Assembly (NCBI GenBank): GCA_965250285.1
Contig: OZ252299.1
Span: 3,936,001-4,000,000, forward strand
Source of the DNA: Myxococcota bacterium
GTDB lineage: Bacteria > Myxococcota_A > UBA9160 > UBA4427
Length of the DNA stretch: 64,000 nt
Reading direction: 5' to 3'
The translations under genes were made by a program, and so were the position numbers. Shown here in pieces: positions 57,344 to 64,000 of the stretch. Numbering within the stretch: position 1 is the first letter of the stretch; each line of letters starts with the position of its first letter. The notes beneath the pieces are model-generated. The model was not told the origin of the DNA. It did not search any database and saw only the letters and a program-made list of their open reading frames with translations.

Positions 57344-58162
57344 TCAGTCGCGTACGCGACGGACGTATCCGGGCGGCTTCGACCCGTGTTCGTCGACGAG
57401 GTCGAACTCGTCGGCGAGATCCTCGACCCACTGGATCGTGCCGCTGCGCTCGGCGGCGCCGCCCGAGGCCGCCAGCGCCGCGACCGCGCGCCCGACGAAG
57501 AGCGGCGTCTGCAGCCCGGGCGGCACCTGGCCGCCCGACGACTCGACGATGAACTCGGTCGAGACCGCGCCCGGGTAGAGCGAGATCGCCGCGACGTCCT
57601 TGCCTTCGGCCTCGAACTCGTGCGCCATGTCGGCCGTCAGCCGGTCGAGCCCCGCCTTACCCGCCCCGTACGACGAAGAGAAGTGATAGCTCTGCCCGCC
57701 GGGCGAAGACACATTCACGATGAGCGCGCCGCCCGGCGCGGCGAAGAGCAGCTTCGCCGCGTGCCAACTCGCGACGTAGTGCGCACGCAGACCGATCCCC
57801 ACCTGATCGTCCCAGATGCGGATCGGATGATCCCAGAAGCCGCCGCCCCAGGCGGGCGGGCTCGGCACGCGATAGACGTTGTTCACGAGCAGATCGATAT
57901 GCGACTGCTCGCGGCCGATCTGTTCGAAGAGCCGTGCGATCTCATCGTCATCGGCGTGATCGCAGCGGATCGCGATGCCGCGGCCCCCGGCCGCGTCGAC
58001 CGCGGCCGCCGTCGCTTCGATCGTCCGATCGCCCGCACCGCTCGTCGTCCCGGTCAGGTACACCGTCGCACCGAGTTCCCCCAGCGCGATCGCAATGCCG
58101 CGGCCGACGCCGCGGCTCGCGCCGGTGACGACCGCGATGCGTCCTTCGAGCGCGCCGCTCAC
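57344..58162 (-). CDS. Short-chain dehydrogenase/reductase (DHRS1-like)
   Basis: TGASRGVG, YGAGKAG. Its GTG start overlaps the upstream stop. Confidence 0.88.
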   Translation of the reverse strand: MSGALEGRIAVVTGASRGVGRGIAIALGELGATVYLTGTTSGAGDRTIEATAAAVDAAGGRGIAIRCDHADDDEIARLFEQIGREQSHIDLLVNNVYRVPSPPAWGGGFWDHPIRIWDDQVGIGLRAHYVASWHAAKLLFAAPGGALIVNVSSPGGQSYHFSSSYGAGKAGLDRLTADMAHEFEAEGKDVAAISLYPGAVSTEFIVESSGGQVPPGLQTPLFVGRAVAALAASGGAAERSGTIQWVEDLADEFDLVDEHGSKPPGYVRRVRD

Positions 58163-58962
58163 TGATCGCCCTCGCTGAGACGCGCCATCGCGGCCTGCAT
58201 CGAGGCGGCGACGTCTTCGGCGCGAGGCAGCCGCCGCGTCGAGGTCCCGCCGTCGATGTGCAGGTTCGAGCCAGTGATGAACTTCGACGCGTCGCTCGCG
58301 AGAAAGAGCACCGCGTCGGTCACGTCTTCGACCGTCGGGAGCTCGCCCATCGGCGTCTCCTTCTCGAAGGCGTCGGTGAAGCCAGGGATCTTGAACAAAT
58401 TCTCGACCATCGGTGTCTCGACGGTCGTCGGCGAGACGACGTTCACCCGGATCTGCTTCGGTCCGTACTCCGAAGCGGCGATGCGACTCGCGTGGTTGAT
58501 GCCCGCCTTGGCACCGGCATAGGGCGCATAGCCATCGGCCACCAGCGTGCCGGTGAGCGAAGACATCGTGATGATCGAGCCGCCCTCGCCCATCGCGTTC
58601 GCCATGTGCTGGATGAAGTAGAGCGCACCCGTGAACTGCACGGCGACCATCGGCTCGACGTTCTCTTCTTCGAGATCGGCAATCGGACACATGTGCTCGA
58701 AGCCGGCGCAGTTCACGGCCACGTCGAGGTGCCCGAACGCGTCGAGCGCGGCGGCGGCCAGCGCCTTCAGATCGGCGAAGCGGCTCGCGTCGCACACCCG
58801 AGACTCGACGCCCAGCTCGCTTGCGACCTGCTCGAGCTTCGCCTGCCCGCGCGCCGCGATCATCACCTTCGCGCCCTCGGCGACGAATCGCCGGGCGATC
58901 GATTCACCGAACCCACTCGAACCACCGACGACGACGGCGGCCTTTCCGTCTAGAGAACCCAT
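58159..58962 (-). CDS. Short-chain dehydrogenase/reductase
   Basis: GGSSGFG, NCAG, YAGAK. Confidence 0.9.
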   Translation of the reverse strand: MGSLDGKAAVVVGGSSGFGESIARRFVAEGAKVMIAARGQAKLEQVASELGVESRVCDASRFADLKALAAAALDAFGHLDVAVNCAGFEHMCPIADLEEENVEPMVAVQFTGALYFIQHMANAMGEGGSIITMSSLTGTLVADGYAPYAGAKAGINHASRIAASEYGPKQIRVNVVSPTTVETPMVENLFKIPGFTDAFEKETPMGELPTVEDVTDAVLFLASDASKFITGSNLHIDGGTSTRRLPRAEDVAASMQAAMARLSEGDQ

Positions 58963-59149
58963 GATGAGAGGATCCTAGTCGATGGCGCGCCGCCCATGCA
59001 CGATTCGGGCATTTCTGTCTCCCCGCCGGAGCCCATCCAGCGCGGCCCGCGCCTGCTCGGTGCGAGATCCACCCTCTCTTGTGTCGCGCGGGATTCGATC
59101 GCTGCCCGCCGCCTCCCGGTACCGCATCATTGGAACGGGAGCGACGAAC

Positions 59150-60409
59150 ATGACCGCATTCTCAGGCTTCGACCCGGGCGACCCGAGCGCGCAGCAGAAC
59201 CCCTTTCCGCACTACCAGCGGCTGCGGAAGGAGGCGCCCGTCTATCGGCACCCGAAGACGGGTGTCTACTACGTGTCGCGCTACGCCACCGTGCGCACGG
59301 TGCTCGCCGATCCGGTGACGTACTCGTCGCGATTCAGCAATGCCGCGACCATGCCCGAGAACCCGGCGGTGCTCGCCGAGCTGGGCAAGATCGCGTCGAA
59401 GGCCGCCGGCTACCTGCCCCCGAAGCCGACGATGGTCACGGCGGACCCACCGGTCCACACGCGCTACCGCAAGGCGGTCGCGCCGCTCATCGGCCCCCGT
59501 CGGATCCGCGCCATCGAGGATCGCATCCGCGGCATCGCGCGCGACCTGATGTCGAAGTGGCCCGACGCTGGACGCGTCGACTTCAAGCGCGACTTCGCGT
59601 CGAAGCTGCCCAACCGCATGATCGCCGGCCTGCTCGGCATCGACCGCGACGGTGAGGATGCCCTCGACAAGTGGTCCGATGACTGCGTCGCCGCGATCGG
59701 CGCCGACATCGACGACGACGCACGCATCGAGGCGATGAAGGGCATGGTCGACATGATGCTCTTCTGGGCCGAAGAGATCGAGCGTCGCCGCGCAGATCCA
59801 GGTGACGACATCGTGAGCGATCTCGTCCGGGCCGAGATCGAGCTGCCCGGCGAAGAGAAACGCCCCCTCGACCCTCAGGAGCTGCTCTCGATCATTGCCC
59901 AGCTTCAAGTGGCGGGGAAGGAGGCCTCGACGAAAGGCATCGACGAGGTGATGAAGATGGTCGCCGAGCGACCCGACGTGTGGCAGCGCATGCGCACCGA
60001 ACCCGAATCGATCCGCAACGTCGTCGAGGAGGGCATGCGGCTCGCGTCGCCCAATCAGGGCCTCTTTCGCACCTCGACCGCCGACAGCACGCTCGACGGG
60101 GTCGAGATCCCAGCCGACTCGACGCTCTGGGTGATGTTCGGATCGGCGAATCGCGACGAGGCCCAGTTCGACGATCCCGAGCAGTTCGATCCCGACCGAG
60201 ACAACCTGCGCGATCACCTCGCCTTCGGCATCGGCGCCCACTTCTGCATCGGCGCCCCCCTCGCCCGAGCCGAGCTGAACGTCTCGCTCGAGGAGCTGAC
60301 GAAGCGATACGCACGCGTGCGCCTGCCCGACGATTTCGATCTGGTCTACGAGCCGAGCTTCATCCTGCGCGGCCTCGAACGCCTCGAGATCGAGGTCGAA
60401 GCGGGCTGA
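59150..60409 (+). CDS. Cytochrome P450
   Basis: DPPVHTRYR, I-helix AGKEAST, EEGMR (ExxR), SANRD, HLAFGIGAHFCIG. Confidence 0.93.
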   Translation: MTAFSGFDPGDPSAQQNPFPHYQRLRKEAPVYRHPKTGVYYVSRYATVRTVLADPVTYSSRFSNAATMPENPAVLAELGKIASKAAGYLPPKPTMVTADPPVHTRYRKAVAPLIGPRRIRAIEDRIRGIARDLMSKWPDAGRVDFKRDFASKLPNRMIAGLLGIDRDGEDALDKWSDDCVAAIGADIDDDARIEAMKGMVDMMLFWAEEIERRRADPGDDIVSDLVRAEIELPGEEKRPLDPQELLSIIAQLQVAGKEASTKGIDEVMKMVAERPDVWQRMRTEPESIRNVVEEGMRLASPNQGLFRTSTADSTLDGVEIPADSTLWVMFGSANRDEAQFDDPEQFDPDRDNLRDHLAFGIGAHFCIGAPLARAELNVSLEELTKRYARVRLPDDFDLVYEPSFILRGLERLEIEVEAG

Positions 60410-60415
60410 GCTCGG

Positions 60416-62212
60416 CTACGACGTCTCGGCGCCGGTCACCGCATCGACCGGCGTGATCGGAAGCTGGATCTCGGCGCAGGTCCCACCCGCCTCGGGACAG
60501 TTCAACGCGATCGCACCCCCGTGCCGCCGCACGATCTCGTACGAGATCGCCAGGCCGATGCCGGTGCCTTCGCCCACGGCCTTCGTCGTGAAGAACGGGT
60601 CGAAGACGCGGTCGCGGACCTCGACGGGGATCCCGACGCCGTCGTCGCGAATGCGCACGGTCACGCGGGCTTCGTCGGCCTCGGCTTCGATCCGAACGAG
60701 GCCGTCGCCTTCGATCGCCTGGCTGGCATTGAGGATCACGTTCAGAAAAACCTGCTTGATCTCCTGGGGCGCGCAGGCCACGCGGGGGAGCTCTGCGAAG
60801 TCGCGCTCGACACGCACGCGCGACCCGAGCTGTGGGGCCGCCACTCGGAGCACCGATTCGAGCAGGTCGCGAAAGTCGACGGTCTCGCGCTCGCCGCTTC
60901 CTCCGTGTGAGAAGCCACGAATGTCACGGACGATCGACACGGCCCGATCGACGCCCTCGAGCGCCTCTTCGAGCAGCTCACCCGACTCGTCGACGAGCGA
61001 ACGCAGCTCGGCACGGCGGGCTTCGGCGTCGGGCAACGACTGACCGAGATCGTCGGCGAAGCCATCGATTGCCTTCATGTGGCGCCCGAGCAGACTCACG
61101 TTGGCGCGCACGTAGGCGAGCGGATTGTTGATCTCGTGGGCCACGCCGGCGGCGAGCTCACCGACGGCAGCGAGCCGCCCCGACAGGAGCAGCCGACTGC
61201 GCAGGGTCACGAGCTCACGCTGATCCTGCACGACGATGACGAGCCCGATGCAGAGTCCCCGGTTGTCGAGCAGCGGCTTCGAAGTCACGACGACGGGCAG
61301 CAGCCCGCCGTGGGCATCGGAGAGCTCGGCCTCTTCGTCTCGAAGTCCATCCGAGAGCACTTCGAGCGAGAGCGTGAGCAACTGCTGGATCGGCACGTCC
61401 TGCAGCGAACGTTGATCGCGCCCCGACAACTTCTGGAGGGCGGCGTTGCTCGAGCGAATGCGACCGTCGAGATGCGTCATCGCGATGCCCTCGGGCAGCG
61501 TGTCGACGATCTGCTCGGTGAAGGCCGTCGGCACGAGCAGCGAGTAGCCGTAGCGCCAGGCCGAGTACGCGCCGACGATGCCGACGAAGGCGACCGACAC
61601 CGATCCGAGATAGGGGAATCGCACGCCGAGCATGGGCAAGAGGCCATCGGTCAGCGAGGCGACGGTTCCGGGTACGAGCAAGCCGATCGCCAGGATGCTC
61701 GTCTGACTCCGCTCGGCCGCCGAAGGAGATGCGCGCACGTCACTGACGCCGAGCCAGATTGCGGTCGACGCGAGCGCGAAGATCCAGGCGTAGGCGAACA
61801 CGAACCCGTCGCCCAGCACGAAGGCCCAGCCCCACGAGGTGCGGACGACGTCGGCATGAATCAGCGGCGTCGCCATGTCGAGCACGATGAAGCCGAGCGT
61901 GATGGCATACATCCATGGCACGAAGCGCCGCAGCCGAGGCCGCGCGTGGGGCATCGACTTGAGGACGAGGTGCAGGGCGAAGGCGGGGATCGGCACCCAT
62001 CCGAGCCCGGACATCCGCGCGAACGCCAGCGCCGACTCGGCGGTGCCCGCCGAGCACCACAACGCTTGGGTCGATGCCCAGACGACCCCGCAGCCCAGCA
62101 GCGCCGCGGCGAGCCGACCGTCGGTCTGCCGAGAACGCGACGAGAGCAGCGCGCCGGCCAGGGTCGCGTTCACGATGGCGCTCGCGATGAGGAGGATGAT
62201 GTAGGGGTGCAT
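60416..62212 (-). CDS. Sensor histidine kinase with N-terminal 7TM domain and PAS
   Basis: Seven hydrophobic segments, PAS-like region, AHEINNPL, QVFLNVILNA, DDGVG, FFTTK..GEGTGIGL. Confidence 0.92.
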   Translation of the reverse strand: MHPYIILLIASAIVNATLAGALLSSRSRQTDGRLAAALLGCGVVWASTQALWCSAGTAESALAFARMSGLGWVPIPAFALHLVLKSMPHARPRLRRFVPWMYAITLGFIVLDMATPLIHADVVRTSWGWAFVLGDGFVFAYAWIFALASTAIWLGVSDVRASPSAAERSQTSILAIGLLVPGTVASLTDGLLPMLGVRFPYLGSVSVAFVGIVGAYSAWRYGYSLLVPTAFTEQIVDTLPEGIAMTHLDGRIRSSNAALQKLSGRDQRSLQDVPIQQLLTLSLEVLSDGLRDEEAELSDAHGGLLPVVVTSKPLLDNRGLCIGLVIVVQDQRELVTLRSRLLLSGRLAAVGELAAGVAHEINNPLAYVRANVSLLGRHMKAIDGFADDLGQSLPDAEARRAELRSLVDESGELLEEALEGVDRAVSIVRDIRGFSHGGSGERETVDFRDLLESVLRVAAPQLGSRVRVERDFAELPRVACAPQEIKQVFLNVILNASQAIEGDGLVRIEAEADEARVTVRIRDDGVGIPVEVRDRVFDPFFTTKAVGEGTGIGLAISYEIVRRHGGAIALNCPEAGGTCAEIQLPITPVDAVTGAETS

Positions 62213-62232
62213 GCAGGAAGGCCCTGCATCCT

Positions 62233-62260
62233 CTATCGGTGTCGTCCGAATCGAGCTTGA
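62233..62260 (-). promoter_or_regulatory. Putative sigma28 (FliA)-type promoter for the histidine kinase
   Basis: The minus strand reads TCAAG-N15-ACCGATAG about 20 nt upstream of the ATG, compared with the consensus T(A/C)AAG-N14/15-GCCGATAA. Confidence 0.5.
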
Positions 62261-62350
62261 CGCCGGCCCGCTCGATGCGGGGCAGGATGTCCTCCGACCG
62301 GGGTGCAACGTTGCCACCCCACGCGAATCGGGCGCCGCGCGGCGACGCGT

Positions 62351-64000
62351 TCAGGGTTTCTTCTGAAGATCGCTCACGGCGGGCGCGGGCCGCGCCATAA
62401 GACGCGCGAGGGTGGCGGCGTCGGGCCGCGGTCGCGCCCCCGCAAGAGCGAAGCCGCCGAGCACGCTCTCATTCAGCGCATGGTGCGGGACTTCCCCCGA
62501 GAGCAGGCGCGTCAGATCCCCCACCACGATCTCGCCCTGGTGCGCGCTCACCTCTCTCGTGTTGCCACCGATGTGCGGCGTGCTGACCACGTCGCTTCGC
62601 TGCACGAGGGGGTGATCGGCGCCCGGGGGTTCGACCGAGAACGTGTCGAGCGCCGCACCCGCGAGGTGCCCCGCCTCGAGCGCGTCGACGAGCGCCGCCT
62701 CGTCGATCAACGCAGCCCGCGCCGTGTTCACGAGGCAGGCCCCGGCTTTCATCGCGCCGAGCTCGGCGGCCCCGATGAGCCCCTCGGTCTCGGGCGTCAC
62801 CGCCGCGTGCAGGCTCACGAAGTCGCTCGCGCGCAGCAGTGCATCGAGGGGCACCCGCTCTGCGCCCGACGCGGCCGCGGACTCGGCAGTGACGAACGGG
62901 TCGGCGACGAGCAGGCGCACGCCGAACCCCGCGAGCCGGTTCGCCACCGCGCGCCCAACGGCGCCGAACCCGACGAGACCGACCGTCTTCTGCCACAGCT
63001 CGCGTCCCCGGAGCGTCGCGAAGGCGCGCCCCATCGAGGCCAGGTCGCCGGGTGCGACGCTCGGGTCGTGCAAGAACGAGATCGCGTCGGGCAGTCGTCG
63101 CGCGAGCATGAGCAGTGACGCGACGGTCAGATCGGCGACCGCGTCGGCGTTTCGCCCCGGCGTGTTCAGCACCGGGATGCCGAACGCGGTGCACGCGTCG
63201 ACGTCGACGTTGACCGCGGCGCCCCGGCAGCTCGCGACGATGCGCAGGTCGGGCGACGCATCGATCGCGCGCGCGTCGACGAGGTCGATCTCGGTCACGA
63301 AGATGTCGATGCCGCGGAGCGCTTCGATCAGGGCATCGCCCTGCAGCATCCGCCGGGCCTCGCGATAGGGCGCATAGTCGACGTCGGCGATCGTGCGCAG
63401 GGCACCGAGCGCGGCCGCGTCGAACTCGGCCGTGACGAGCGCCCGCGGCCGGGTGGCGGCGGCGACGCGCGGCCCGCTTGCGGCATCGGCCCCGACCGCG
63501 AAGGGCATGGTCAGCGTCGCCGCTTCGGCATCGGCCGTCGCCCGCGCGGCGCGCAGGTTCGACCAGCGCTCGAAGAGCGCTGCGTGCTCGTCGGCCTCTG
63601 CCGACACGGGCGCGACCTCGCGGGTTCGGACCAGCGTCGCCGTCGCGGCCTGCAGATCTTCGAACGCGCCGGCTCCCACCGCGGCGCAGAGAGCGGCGCC
63701 CAGGCCGGTGGCGCCGGGATCCACCGGCACGCGGATCGACTCGCCGAGCACGCCCGCCACGATGCGCGTGAAGGTCTCGCTCTGCGAGAGACCGCCGGTG
63801 AGGCGCAGTGGCCCGCGCGCGCCCTCGACCTCGGCCACACCGACGACCTGCTCGAGGTTGGCGCGCAACGCGCAGGCCATCCCTTCGACGACCGAACGCA
63901 CGAGATGCCGCCGGGGCGTGTCGTCGTCGAAGGTCGAGAGATGGCTGAGCGTCAGCTGCCCGACGGGCAGCCCCATCGCCTGCGCATTCATCACCTCGGC
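62351..64000 (-). CDS. FGGY carbohydrate kinase fused to D-isomer-specific 2-hydroxyacid dehydrogenase (5'-truncated by window edge)
   Basis: FGGY C-terminal motifs (RSVVEG.A, LTGGLSQS, ATGLGAALCAAVGAG) continue in frame into NTPGRNADAVAD, GFGAVG, NTARAAL, DTFSVEP, TPHIGG. Confidence 0.85.
   Translation of the reverse strand, partial: AEVMNAQAMGLPVGQLTLSHLSTFDDDTPRRHLVRSVVEGMACALRANLEQVVGVAEVEGARGPLRLTGGLSQSETFTRIVAGVLGESIRVPVDPGATGLGAALCAAVGAGAFEDLQAATATLVRTREVAPVSAEADEHAALFERWSNLRAARATADAEAATLTMPFAVGADAASGPRVAAATRPRALVTAEFDAAALGALRTIADVDYAPYREARRMLQGDALIEALRGIDIFVTEIDLVDARAIDASPDLRIVASCRGAAVNVDVDACTAFGIPVLNTPGRNADAVADLTVASLLMLARRLPDAISFLHDPSVAPGDLASMGRAFATLRGRELWQKTVGLVGFGAVGRAVANRLAGFGVRLLVADPFVTAESAAASGAERVPLDALLRASDFVSLHAAVTPETEGLIGAAELGAMKAGACLVNTARAALIDEAALVDALEAGHLAGAALDTFSVEPPGADHPLVQRSDVVSTPHIGGNTREVSAHQGEIVVGDLTRLLSGEVPHHALNESVLGGFALAGARPRPDAATLARLMARPAPAVSDLQKKP

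Overview
A very GC-rich chromosomal window from a diderm bacterium (it has a TonB-dependent receptor and lipoproteins). The gene content resembles uncultured Myxococcota/Binatota-type lineages, which is an inference. Most of the ~51 genes encode lipid, acyl-CoA and redox catabolic enzymes: SDRs, acyl-CoA dehydrogenases, enoyl-CoA hydratases, three CaiB/BaiF CoA-transferases, an acyl-CoA ligase, a P450, Fe/2OG dioxygenases and F420-type oxidoreductases. Two things stand out. (1) A ~3,070-aa exported protein fuses a copper-radical (galactose-oxidase-type) oxidase with all catalytic residues to carbohydrate-binding modules, a beta-propeller, a di-haem peroxidase-like domain, 23 perfectly phased 62-aa Ca-binding-type repeats and a C-terminal sorting/anchor signal. 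It is divergently paired with a MauG/MbnH-type di-haem lipoprotein. (2) A selenoprotein is hidden in the ORF track as two ORFs: a PrdB/GrdB-like protein with a UxxC motif, an in-frame UGA and a SECIS-like hairpin. No rRNA, tRNA, CRISPR array or mobile element was recognised. All family calls come from motif recognition by eye, not from database searches. Several start codons were moved from the ORF track to more plausible positions.
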